Shown piece by piece: positions 25,663-38,325 of a stretch of DNA of 64,000 nucleotides. The stretch is taken from the NCBI RefSeq assembly GCF_009914755.1, contig NC_060929.1, one strand, 5' to 3'. Source of the stretch: the human T2T-CHM13v2.0 reference genome, Homo sapiens. Below the pieces are notes generated by a model, which worked only from the letters and a program-made list of their open reading frames with translations, did no database searches and was not told the DNA's origin. Position 1 is the stretch's first letter, and the number at the start of each line of letters is the position of its first letter. A program made the translations under genes and the position numbers.

Positions 25663-25679
25663 ATTCGTTGGAAACGGGT
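25663..25679 (+). promoter_or_regulatory. CENP-B box (intact core) in the transition zone
   Basis: attcgttggaaacgggt matches NTTCGNNNNANNCGGGN. Confidence 0.9.
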
Positions 25680-26683
25680 ATCTTCACATGAAAAGTAGAC
25701 CCATGCATTCTCCGAAAGTTCACTGGGATGTGTGCATTCAACTCACAGACTTGAAACTTTCTTTTGATAGAGCAGTGTAGAAACACGCTTTTTGTACAAC
25801 CTGCAAGAGTTCCTTTGGAGCACTTTGTTGCCTATGGTGGAAAAAGAAATATCTTGAAATAAAAGCTAGACAGAAGGATTCTCAGAAACGCCTTTGGATG
25901 TGTGAGTTCAATTAACAGAGTAGAACCTTTCTATTGATAGATCAGTTTTAAAACACTGCTTTTGTAGAATCTGCTTGTGGATATTTGGAGCTCTTTGAGG
26001 AATTCGTTGTAAATGGAATACCTTCATATACAAACTAGACAGAAGCATTCTCAGAAACTGCTATGTGATGTGTGTATTCAACTCACACAGTTGAAACTTC
26101 CTTTTGAGAGAGCAGTTTTGAAAGTCTTTTTGTAGTATCTGCAAGTGGATCTTTTAGCGATTTGAGGTGATTTAGATGGAAAAGGAAATGACTTCACATA
26201 CAAACCAGACAGAAGCATCCTCAGAAACTGCTTTCTGTTGTGTGTGTTCCACTCACGGTCTCGAACCTTTATTTGGATAGAGCAGTGTTGAAACACACTT
26301 TCTGTAGAATCTGCAAGTTTTCATTCCGTGTGCTTTGTTGCCTATGGTGGAAAGAAAATATCGTTACTTAAAAAGGTAGACAGAATCATTCTCAGAAACT
26401 GATTTGTGATGTGTGCAATCTACTCACAGACTTGGACATTTGTTTTGATACAGCAGTGTTAAAACACAGTTTTTGTGAAATCTGCAAGTGTTCATTTGCA
26501 GCGTATTGTTGCCTATGGTAGAAAAAGAATTATCTTCATAGAAACACTAGACAGAAGCATTCTCAGAAACTCCTTTGTGATGTTTGTGTTCAATTCCCAG
26601 AACTGAACCTTTCTTTTGATAGAGCAGGTTTGAAGCACTCCTTTTGTAGAATCTGCTTCCAGATATTTAGAGCTCTCGGAGGA

Positions 26684-26700
26684 ATTCGTTGTAAACGGGA
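26684..26700 (+). promoter_or_regulatory. CENP-B box (intact core) in an m9-like relic monomer
   Basis: attcgttgtaaacggga matches NTTCGNNNNANNCGGGN. Confidence 0.88.
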
Positions 26701-28729
26701 TATCTTCACATTCTAACTAGAGAGAAGTATTCTCAGAAACTACTTTCTGATGTGTGCATTCAACTCACAGAGTTGAACCTTCCATTTGAGAGAGCAGTGT
26801 TGAAACGGTATTTTTGAATTATCTACAATTGGATATTTGGAGCGATTTGAGGCCTATGATGGAAAAGGAAATATCTTCACATACAAACTAGACAGAAGCT
26901 TTCTCAGAAACTGCTTTGTGATGTGTGCATTCAACTCACAGAGTTGAATCTTCCATTTGAGAGAGCAGTGTTGAAACAGTCTTTTTGTTGTGTCTACAAG
27001 TGGATATTTGGAGGGATTTGAGACGTATGATGGAAAAGGGAATAACTTCACATACAAATTGGACAGAAGCAGTCTCAGGAACTGCTTTGTGATGTGTGCA
27101 TTCAACTCGCAGATTTGAATTTTCCTTTTGAGAGAGAGGTTTTGAAACAATCTTTTTATAGTGTCTGCAAGTGTATATTTGTAGTGATTTGAAGCCTAAG
27201 ATGGAAAAGGAAATATCTTCACATACAAACTAGACAGAAACATTCTCAGGAACTGCTTTTTGATTTGTGCATTCAACTCACACAGTTGAACATTCCTTTT
27301 CAGAGAGCAGTTTTGAAGCAGTCTTTTTGTAATATCAGCAAGTGGATATTTGGAGCGATTTCTGGAGTATGGTGGAAAATGAAATATCTTCACATACAAA
27401 CTAGACAGAAGCATTCTCAGAAACTGCTTTGTGATGTGTGCATTTAACTCACAGACTTGATCCTTACTTTTGTTAGAGCAGTGTTGAAACACACTTTTTG
27501 TAGAACCTGGTAGTGTTCATTTGGAGAGATTTGTTGCCTATGGTGGAAAAAGGATTATCTTCTCTTAAAAACTAGACAGAAGCATTCTTAGAAACTGCTT
27601 TGTGATGTGTGTGTTCAATTCACAGAGTTGAAACTTTCCTTTGATAGAGCAGTTTTGAAACACTGCTTTTGTAGAATCTGCTTGTGGATATTGGGAGCTC
27701 TTTGAGGAATACGTTGTAAAAGGCATATCTTCACATACAAACTAGACAGAAGCATTCTCAGAAACTGCTTTGTGATGTGTGCATTCAACTCACAGAGTTG
27801 AACCTTCCATTTGAGAGAGCAGTGTTGAAACAGTCTTTTTGTAGTATCTGCAAGTGGATATTTGGAGCGATTTGAGGCCTATGATGGAAAAGGAAATATC
27901 TTCACATACAAACTAGACAGAAGCATTCTCAGAAACTGCTTTGTGATGTGTGCATTCAACCCACAGAGTTGAACCTTCCTTTTGAGAGAGCAGTGTTGAA
28001 ACGGTCTTTTGTAGTATCTGCAAGTGGATATTTGGAGCGATTTGAGGCCTATGATGGAAAAGGAAATATCTTCACATACAAACTAGAAAGAAGCATTCTC
28101 AGAAACTGCTTTGTGATGTGTGCATTCAACCGACAGATTTGAACTTTCCTTTTGAGAGGGAGGTTTTGAAACAGTCTTTTTGTAATATCTGCAAGTGGAT
28201 ATTTGTAGTGACTTGGGGTCTCAGATGGAAAAGGAAATACCTTCACATACAAACTAGACAGAAGTATTCTCAGAAACTCCATTGTGATGTGTGCACTCAA
28301 CTCACAGAGTTGAACCTTCCTTTTGAGAGAGCAGTTTTGAAACAGTCTTTTTGAAATGTCTGCAGGTGGATATTTGGAGCGATTCGAGTACTATGATGGA
28401 AAAGGAAATATCTTCACATACAAACTAAACAGAAGCATTCTCAGAAACTTCTTGTGATGTGTGCATTCACCTAACAGAGTGGAACCGTTCTTTTGATAGA
28501 GCAGTTTTGAATCAGTCTTTTGGTAGGACCTGCAAGTTTTCATTTGGAGCGCTTTGAAGCCCATGGTGGAAAAGGGACTATCTTCACAAAAAACTAGGCA
28601 GAAGCATTCTCAGGAATTTCATTGAGATGTGTGCATTCAACAAACAGAGTTGAAACTGTCTTTGACAGAGCAGGAATGAAACACTCCTTTTGTAGTATCT
28701 GATTGTGTATATTTGGAACTCTTTGAGTT

Positions 28730-28746
28730 ATTCGTTGGAAACGGGT
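28730..28746 (+). promoter_or_regulatory. CENP-B box in HOR m15 (first of 14 copies, one per HOR unit)
   Basis: The sequence is attcgttggaaacgggt. Further copies start at 31288, 33847 (variant attcgttttaaacgggt), 35726, 38283, 40159, 42547, 44935, 47323, 49881, 52439, 56192, 58750 and 61308. Confidence 0.92.
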
Positions 28747-30265
28747 ATCTTCACATAAAAAGTAGACCCAAGCATTCTCAGAAGGTTCTTTGTGATGTGT
28801 GCGTTCAACTCACAGACTTGAAACTTTCTTTTGATAGAGCAGTGTTGAAACACACTTTTTGTAGAATCCACAAGTATTCATTTGGAGCACTTTGTTGCCT
28901 ATGTGGGAAAAAGGAATATCTTCACTTAAAAACTAGACAGAAGCATTCTCTGAAACTCCTCTGTGAAGTGTGTGTTCAATTCACATCGTTGAACCTTTCT
29001 TTTGATGGAGTAGAGTTGAAACATACTTTTTGTAGAATCTGCAAGTGTCCATTTCGAGTTCTTTTGTGCATATGTTGGAAAAAGTGATATCTTCACCTGA
29101 AAAATAGACAGAAGCATTCCAGAAACTGCTTTGTAACATGTGCATTCAACTCACAGTGTTGAACCTTCCTTTTCAGAGAGCGGTTTTGAAACAGTCTTTT
29201 TGTAGGATCTGCAAGTGGATATTTGCAGTGATTTGAGGCCGAAGAAGGAAAAGGAAATACCTTCAAATAAAAAACTAGACGGAAGCATTTTCAGAAACTG
29301 CCTTGTGATGTGTGCATTCAACTCACAGAGTTGAACCTTCCTTTTGAGAGAGAAGTTTTGAAACAGTCTTTTTGTAGTATTTGCAAGTGGATATTTGGAG
29401 CGATTTGTGGAGTATGGTGGAAAATGAAATATCTTCACATACAAACTAGACAGAAGCATTCTCAGAAACTGCTTTGTGATGTGTGCATTTAAGTCACAGA
29501 CTTGAAACTTCCTTTAGGTAGAGCAGTGTTGAAACACACTTTTTGTATAATCTACAAGTGTTCTTTGGAGTGCTTTGTTGCCTATGTTGGAAAAAGAAAT
29601 ATCTTCACATAAAAACTAGACAGAAGCATTCTCAGAAACTCCTTTGTGATGGGTTTGTTCAATTCACATTGTTGAACCTTTCTTTTGATACAGCAGTGTT
29701 GAAACAAACATTTTGTAGAATCTGCAAGTGCTCATTTCAAATGCTTTGTGGCCTATGTTGGAAAAAGTGATATCTTCACCTAAAAAATAGACAGAAGCAT
29801 TCTCAGGAACTGCTTTGTAATATGTGCATTCAACTCACAGAGTTGAACCTTCCTTTTGAGAGAGCGGTTTTGAAACAGTATTTTTGTAGTATCTGCAAGT
29901 GGATATTTGGAGCGATTTGAGGTCTAAGAAGGAAAAGGAAGTACCTTCAAATAAAAACTAGACAGAAGCTTTCTCAGAAACTGCTTTGTGATGTGTGCAT
30001 TTAACTCAAAGTCTTGATCCTTACTTTAGTTAGAGCAGTGTTGAAACACACTTTTTGTAGAACCTGGTAGTGTTCATTTGGAGAGATTTGTTGCCTATGG
30101 TGGAAAAAGGATTATCTTCTCTTAAAAACTAGACAGAAGCATTCTTAGAAAGTGCTTTGTGATGTGTGTGTTCAATTCACAGAGTTGAAACTTTCCTTTG
30201 ATAGAGCAGTTTTGAAACACTGCTTTTGTAGAATCTGCTTGTGGATATTGGGAGCTCTTAGAGGA

Positions 30266-30282
30266 ATACGTTGTAAAAGGCA
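30266..30282 (+). promoter_or_regulatory. Inactivated CENP-B box in HOR m9 (example; degenerate in all full m9 copies inspected)
   Basis: atacgttgtaaaaggca sits in the B-box position but has TTCG>TACG and CGGG>AGGC. Confidence 0.8.
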
Positions 30283-30434
30283 TATCTTCACATACAAACT
30301 AGACAGAAGCATTCTCAGAAACTGCTTTGTGATGTGTGCATTCAACTCACAGAGTTGAACCTTCCATTTGAGAGAGCAGTGTTGAAACAGTCTTTTTGTA
30401 GTATCTGCAAGTGGATATTTGGAGCGATTTGAGG

Positions 30435-30451
30435 CCTATGATGGAAAAGGA
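30435..30451 (+). promoter_or_regulatory. pJalpha/A-box-type motif (example; occupies the box position of most HOR monomers)
   Basis: cctatgatggaaaagga lies at the position equivalent to the CENP-B box and resembles the A-type CTAYGGTGRAAAAGGAA motif. Confidence 0.7.
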
Positions 30452-33400
30452 AATATCTTCACATACAAACTAGACAGAAGCATTCTCAGAAACTGCTTTG
30501 TGATGTGTGCATTCAACCCACAGAGTTGAACCTTCCTTTTGAGAGAGCAGTGTTGAAACGGTCTTTTGTAGTATCTGCAAGTGGATATTTGGAGCGATTT
30601 GAGGCCTATGATGGAAAAGGAAATATCTTCACATACAAACTAGACAGAAGCATTCTCAGAAACTGCTTTGTGATGTGTGCATTCAACCGACAGATGTGAA
30701 CTTTCCTTTTGAGAGGGAGGTTTTGAAACAGTCTTTTTGTAGTATCTGCAAGTGGATATTTGTAGGGACTTGGGGCCTCAGGTGGGAAAGGAAATACCTT
30801 CACATACAAAGTAGACAGAAGTATTCTCAGAAACTCCATTGTGATGTGTGCACTCAACTCACAGAGTTGAACCTTCCTTTTGAGAGAGCAGTTTTGAAAC
30901 AGTCTTTTTGTAACGTCTGCAGGTGGATATTTGGAGCGATTCGAGTACTATGATGGAAAAGGAAATATCTTCACATACAAACTAAACAGAAGCATTCTCA
31001 GAAACTTCTTGTGATGTGTGCATTCACCTAACAGAGTGGAACCGTTCTTTTGATAGAGCAGTTTTGAATCAGTCTTTTGGTAGGACCTGCAAGTTTTCAT
31101 TTGGAGCGCTTTGAAGCCCATGGTGGAAAAGGGACTATCTTCACAAAAAACTAGGCAGAAGCCTTCTCAGGAACTTCATTGAGATGTGTGCATTCAACTA
31201 ACAGAGTTGAAACTGTCTTTTGACAGAGGAGGAATGAAACACTCCTTTTGTAGTATCTGATTGTGTATATTTGGAACTCTTTGAGTTATTCGTTGGAAAC
31301 GGGTATCTTCACATAAAAAGTAGACCCAAGCATTCTCAGAAGGTTCTTTGTGATGTGTGCGTTCAACTCACAGACTTGAAACTTTCTTTTGATAGAGTAG
31401 TGTTGAAACACACTTTTTGTAGAATCCACAAGTATTCGTTTGGAGCGCTTTATTGCCTATGTGGGAAAAAGGAATATCTTCACTTAAAAACTAGACAGAA
31501 GCATTCTCTGAAACTCCTCTGTGTAGTGTGTGTTCAATTCACATCGTTGAACCTTTCTTTTGATAGAGCAGTGTTGAAACATACTTTTTGTAGAATCTGC
31601 AAGTGTCCATTTCAAGTTCTTTTGTGCGTATGTTGGAAAAAGTGATATCTTCACCTGAAAAATAGACAGAAGCATTCCAGAAACTGCTTTGTAACATGTG
31701 CATTCAACTCACAGTGTTGAACCTTCCTTTTGAGAGAGCGGTTTTGAAACAGTCTTTTTGTAGTATTTGCAAGTGGATATTTGCAGTGATTTGAGGCCGA
31801 AGAAGGAAAAGGAAATACCTTCAAATAAAAAACTAGACGGAAGCATTTTCAGAAACTGCCTTGTGATGTGTGCATTCAACTCACAGAGTTGAACCTTCCT
31901 TTTGAGAGAGAAGTTTTGAAACAGTCTTTTTGTAGTATTTGCAAGTGGATATTTGGAGTGATTTGTGGAGTATGGTGGAAAATGAAATATCTTCACATAC
32001 AAACTAGACAGAAGCATTGTGAGAAACTGCTTTGTGATGTGTGCATTTAAGTCACAGACTTGAAACTTCCTTTAGGTAGAGCAGTGTTGAAACACACTTT
32101 TTGTATAATCTACAAGTGTTCTTTGGAGTGCTTTGTTGCCTATGTTGGAAAAAGAAATATCTTCACATAAAAACTAGACAGAAACATTCTCAGAAACTCC
32201 TTTGTGATGGGTTTGTTCAATTCACATTGTTGAACCTTTCTTTTGATACAGCAGTGTTGAAACAAACATTTTGTAGAATCTACAAGGGTTCATTTCAAAT
32301 GCTTTGTGGCCTATGTTGGAAAAAGTGATATGTTCACCTAAAAAATAGACAGAAGCATTCTCAGGAACTGCTTTGTAATATGTGCATTCAACTCACAGAG
32401 TTGAACCTTCCTTTTGAGAGAGCGGTTTTGAAACAGTCTTTTTGTAGTATCTGCAAGTGGATATTTGGAGCGATTTGAGGTCTAAGAAGGAAAAGGAAGT
32501 ACCTTCAAATAAAAACTAGACAGAAGCTTTCTCAGAAACTGCTTTGTGATGTGTGCATTTAACTCAAAGTCTTGATCCTTACTTTTGTTAGAGCAGTGTT
32601 GAAACACACTTTTTGTAGAACCTGGTAGTGTTCATTTGGAGAGATTTGTTGCCTATGGTGGAAAAAGGATTATCTTCTCTTAAAAACTAGACAGAAGCAT
32701 TCTTAGAAACTGCTTTGTGATGTGTGTGTTCAATTCACAGAGTTGAAACTTTCCTTTGACAGAGCAGGATTGAAACACTGCTTTTGTAGAATCTGCTTGT
32801 GGATATTGGGAGCTCCTTGAGGAATACGTTGTAAAAGGCATATCTTCACATACAAACTAGACAGAAGCATTCTCAGAAACTGCTTTGTGATGTGTGCATT
32901 CAACACACAGAGTTGAACCTTCCATTTGAGAGAGCAGTGTTGAAACAGTCTTTTTGTAGTATCTTCAAGTGGATATTTGGAGCGATTTGAGGCCTATGAT
33001 GGAAAAGGAAATATCTTCACATACAAACTAGACAGAAGCATTCTCAGAAACTGCTTTGTGATGTGTGCATTCAACTCACAGAGTTGAACCTTCCATTTGA
33101 GAGAGCAGTGTTGAAAGAGTCTTTTTGTAGTATCTGCAAGTGGATATTTGGAGCGATTTGAGGCCTATGATGGAAAAGGAAATATCTTCACATACAAACT
33201 AGACAGAAGCATTCTCAGAAACTGCTTTGTGATGTGTGCATTCAACCGACAGATTTGAACTGTCCTTTTGAGAGGGAGGTTTTGAAACAGTCTTTTTGTA
33301 GTATCTGCAAGTGGATATTTGTAGTGACTTGGGGCCTCAGGTGGAAAAGGAAATACCTTCACATACAAAGTAGACAGAAGTATTCTCAGAAACTCCATTG

Positions 33401-33889
33401 TGATGTGTGCACTCAACTCACAGAGTTGAACCTTCCTTTTGAGAGAGCAGTTTTGAAACAGTCTTTTTGTAACGTCTGCAGGTGGATATTTGGAGCGATT
33501 CGTGTAGTATGATGGAAAAGGAAATATCTTCACATACAAACTAAACAGAAGCATTCTCAGAAACTTCTTGTGATGTGTGCATTCACCTAACAGAGTGGAA
33601 CCGTTCTTTTGATAGAGCAGTTTTGAATCAGTCTTTTGGTAGGACCTGCAAGTTTTCATTTGGAGCGCTTTGAAGCCCATGGTGGAAAAGGGACTATCTT
33701 CACAAAAAACTAGGCAGAAGCCTTCTCAGGAACTTCATTGAGATGTGTGCATTCAACTAACAGAGTTGAAACTGTCTTTTGACAGAGGAGGAATGAAACA
33801 CTCCTTTTGTAGTATCTGATTGTGTATATTTGGAACTCTTTGAGTTATTCGTTTTAAACGGGTATCTTCACATAAAAAGTAGACCCAAG

Positions 33890-35768
33890 CATTCTCAGAA
33901 GGTCCTTTGTGATGTGTGCGTTCAACTCACAGACTTGAAACTTTCTTTTGATAGAGCAGTGTTGAAACACAGTTTTTGTAGAATCCACAAGTATTCATTT
34001 GGAGCGCTTTGTTGCCTATGTGGGAAAAAGGAATATCTTCACTTAAAAACTAGACAGAAGCATTCTCTGAAACTCCTCTGTGAAGTGTGTGTTCAATTCA
34101 CATCGTTGAACCTTTCTTTTGATGGAGCAGTGTTGAAACATACTTTTTGTAGAATCTGCAAGTGTCCATTTCGAGTTCTTTTGTGCGTATGTTGGAAAAA
34201 GTGATATCTTCACCTGAAAAATAGACAGAAGCATTCCAGAAACTGCTTTGTAACATGTGCATTCAACTCACAGTGTTGAACCTTCCTTTTGAGAGAGCAG
34301 TTTTGAAACAGTCTTTTTGTAGTATCTGCAAGTGGATATTTGCAGTGATTTGAGGCCGAAGAAGGAAAAGGAAATACCTTCAAATAAAAAACTAGACGGA
34401 AGCATTTTCAGAAACTGCCTTGTGATGTGTGCATTCAACTCACAGAGTTGAACCTTCCTTTTGAGAGAGAAGTTTTGAAACAGTCTTTTTGTAGTATTTG
34501 CAAGTGGATATTTGGAGCGATTTGTGGAGTATGGTGGAAAATGAAATATCTTCACATACAAACTAGACAGAAGCATTCTCAGAAACTGCTTTGTGATGTG
34601 TGCATTTAAGTCACAGACTTGAAACTTCCTTTAGGTAGAGCAGTGTTGAAACACACATTTTGTAGAACCTGGTAGTGTTCATTTGGAGAGATTTGTTGCC
34701 TATGGTGGAAAAAGGATTATCTTCTCTTAAAAACTAGACAGAAGCATTCTCAGAAACTGCTTTGTGATGTGTGCATTCAACTCACAGAGTTGAACTTTCC
34801 GTTTGAGAGAGCAGTGTTGAAACAGTCTTTTTGTAGTATTTGCAAGTGGATATTTGGAGCGATTTGAGGCCTATGATTGAAAAGGAAATATCTTCACATA
34901 CAAACTAGACAGAAGCATTCTCAGAAACTGCTTTGTGATGTGTGCATTCAACCCACAGAGTTGAACCTTCCTTTTGAGAGAGCAGTGTTGAAACGGTCTT
35001 TTGTAGTATCTGCAAGTGGATATATGGAGCGATTTGAGGCCTATGACGGAAAAGGAAATATCTTCACATACAAACTAGACAGAAGCATTCTCAGAAACTG
35101 CTTTGTGATGTGTGCATTCAACCGACAGATTTGAACTTTCCTTTTGAGAGGGAGGTTTTGAAACAGTCTTTTTGTAGTATCTGCAAGTGGATATTTGTAG
35201 TGACTTGGGGCCTCAGATGGAAAAGGAAATACCTTCACATACAAACTAGACAGAAGTATTCTCAGAAACTCCATTGTGATGTGTGCACTCAACTCACAGA
35301 GTTGAACCTTCCTTTTGAGAGAGCAGTTTTGAAACAGTCTTTTTGTAATGTCTGCAGGTGGATATTTGGAGCGATTCGAGTACTATGATGGAAAAGGAAA
35401 TATCTTCACATACAAACTAAACAGAAGCATTCTCAGAAACTTCTTGTGATGTGTGCATTCACCTAACAGAGTGGAACCGTTCTTTTGATAGAGCAGTTTT
35501 GAATCAGTCTTTTGGTAGGACCTGCAAGTTTTCATTTGGAGCGCTTTGAAGCCCATGGTGGAAAAGGGACTATCATCTTCACAAAAAACAAGGCAGAAGC
35601 CTTCTCAGGAACTTCATTGAGATGTGTGCATTCAACTAACAGAGTTGAAACTGTCTTTTGACAGAGCAGGAATGAAACACTCCTTTTGTAGTATCTGATT
35701 GTGTATATTTGGAACTCTTTGAGTTATTCGTTGGAAACGGGTATCTTCACATAAAAAGTAGACCCAAG
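33890..35768 (+). repeat. 11-mer HOR variant (m5/m8 hybrid monomer, m9 deleted), 1879 bp
   Basis: At ~34620-34680 the m5 head (cctttaggtagag) joins the m8 tail (gaacctggtagtgttc), and m10 follows directly. A 3-bp insertion (tatcatcttc) lies at ~35571. Confidence 0.88.
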
Positions 35769-38325
35769 CATTCTCAGAAGGTTCTTTGTGATGTGTGCGT
35801 TCAACTCACAGACTTGAAACTTTCTTTTGATAGAGCAGTGTTGAAACACCCTTTTTGTAGAATCCACAAGTATTCATTTGGAGCGCTTTGTTGCCTATGT
35901 GGGAAAAAGGAATATCTTCACTTAAAAACTAGACAGAAGCATTCTCTGAAACTCCTCTGTGAAGTGTGTGTTCAATTCACATCGTTGAACCTTTCTTTTG
36001 ATAGAGCAGTGTTGAAACATACTTTTTGTAGAATCTGCAAGTGTCCATTTCGAGTTCTTTTGTGCGTATGTTGGAAAAAGTGATATCTTCACCTGAAAAA
36101 TAGACAGAAGCATTCCAGAAACTGCTTTGTAACATGTGCATTCAACTCACAGTGTTGAACCTTCCTTTTGAGAGAGCGGTTTTGAAACAGTCTTTTTGTA
36201 GTATCTGCAAGTGGATATTTGCAGTGATTTGAGGCCGAAGAAGGAAAAGGAAATACCTTCAAATAAAAAACTAGACGGAAGCATTTTCAGAAACTGCCTT
36301 GTGATGTGTGCATTCAACTCACAGAGTTGAACCTTCCTTTTGAGAGAGAAGTTTTGAAACAGTCTTTTTGTAGTATTTGCAAGTGGATATTTGGAACGAT
36401 TTGTGGAGTATGGTGGAAAATGAAATATCTTCACATACAAACTAGACAGAAGCATTGTCAGAAACTGCTTTGTGATGTGTGCATTTAAGTCACAGACTTG
36501 AAACTTCCTTTAGGTAGAGCAGTGTTGAAACACACTTTTTGTATAATCTACAAGTGTTCTTTGGAGTGCTTTGTTGCCTATGTTGGAAAAAGAAATATCT
36601 TCACATAAAAACTAGACAGAAGCATTCTCAGAAACTCCTTTGTGATGGGTTTGTTCAATTCACATTGTTGAACCTTTCTTTTGATACAGCAGTGTTGAAA
36701 CAAACATTTTGTAGAATCTGCAAGTGCTCATTTCAAATGCTTTGTGGCCTATGTTGGAAAAAGTGATATCTTCACCTAAAAAATAGACAGAAGCATTCTC
36801 AGGAACTGCTTTGTAATATGTGCATTCAACTCACAGAGTTGAACCTTCCTTTTGAGAGAGCGGTTTTGAAACAGTCTTTTTGTAGTATCTGCAAGTGGAT
36901 ATTTGGAGCGATTTGAGGTCTAAGAAGGAAAAGGAAGTACCTTCAAATAAAAACTAGACAGAAGCTTTCTCAGAAACAGCTTTGTGATGTGTGCATTTAA
37001 CTCAAAGTCTTGATCCTTACTCTTGTTAGAGCAGTGTTGAAACACACTTTTTGTAGAACCTGGTAGTGTTCATTTGGAGAGATTTGTTGCCTATGGTGGA
37101 AAAAGGATTATCTTCTCTTAAAAACTAGACAGAAGCATTCTTAGAAACTGCTTTGTGATGTGTGTGTTCAATTCACAGAGTTGAAACTTTCCTTTGATAG
37201 AGCAGTTTTGAAACACTGCTTTTGTAGAATCTGCTTGTGGATATTGGGAGCTCTTTGAGGAATACGTTGTAAAAGGCATATCTTCACATACAAACTAGAC
37301 AGAAGCATTCTCAGAAACTGCTTTGTGATGTGTGCATTCAACTCACAGAGTTGAACCTTCCATTTGAGAGAGCAGTGTTGAAACAGTCTTTTTGTAGTAT
37401 CTGCAAGTGGATATTTGGAGCGATTTGAGGCCTATGATGGAAAAGGAAATATCTTCACATACAAACTAGACAGAAACATTCTCAGAAACTGCTTTGTGAT
37501 GTGTGCATTCAACCCACAGAGTTGAACCTTCCTTTTGAGAGAGCAGTGTTGAAACGCTCTTTTGTAGTATCTGCAAGTGGATATTTGGAGCGATTTGAGG
37601 CCTATGATGGAAAAGGAAATATCTTCACATACAAACTAGACAGAAGCATTCTCAGAAACTGCTTTGTGATGTGTGCATTCAACCGACAGATTTGAACTTT
37701 CCTTTTGAAGGGGAGGTTTTGAAACAGTCTTTTTGTAGTATCTGCAAGTGGATATTTGTGGTGACTTGGGGCCTCAGATGGAAAAGGAAATACCTTCACA
37801 TACAAACTAGACAGAAGCATTCTCAGAAACTCCATTGTGATGTGTGACCTCAACTCACAGAGTTGAACCTTCCTTTTGAGAGAGCAGTTTTGAACAGTCT
37901 TTTTGTAATGTCTGCAGGTGGATATTTGGAGCGATTCGAGTACTATGATGGAAAAGGAAATATCTTCACATACAAACTAAACAGAAGCATTCTCAGAAAC
38001 TTGTTGTGATGTGTGCATTCACCTAAAAGAGTGGAACCGTTCTTTTGATAGAGCAGTTTTGAATCAGTCTTTTGGTAGGACCTGCAAGTTTTCATTTGGA
38101 GCGCTTTGACGCCCATGGTGGAAAAGGCACTATCTTCACAAAAAACTAGGCAGAAGCCTTCTCAGGAACTTCATTGAGATGTGTGCATTCAACTAACAGA
38201 GTTGAAACTGTCTTTTGACAGAGCAGGAATGAAACACTCCTTTTGTAGTATCTGATTGTGTGTATTTGGAACTCTTTGAGTTATTCGTTGGAAACGGGTA
38301 TCTTCACATAAAAAGTAGACCCAAG

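Larger units (their letters stand above)
25245..27411 (+). repeat. Degenerate plus-strand alpha satellite transition zone (~13 monomers, mixed A- and B-type), related to the HOR monomers
   Basis: Monomers start cattctcagaaact at ~171-bp spacing. They carry diagnostic alleles of HOR m14, m15 and m1 in order (cacct..gagtggaacc; caggaacttca.tgagatg; agtagaccca) but with many private substitutions. Confidence 0.88.
28773..31330 (+). repeat. Reference canonical 15-mer HOR unit (m1-m15)
   Basis: Fifteen monomer starts were counted at ~28773, 28944, 29115, 29286, 29457, 29627, 29798, 29969, 30140, 30310, 30481, 30651, 30822, 30993 and 31162. Other 15-mers are at 31331, 35769, 47366, 49924, 56235 and 58793. 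Confidence 0.92.
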
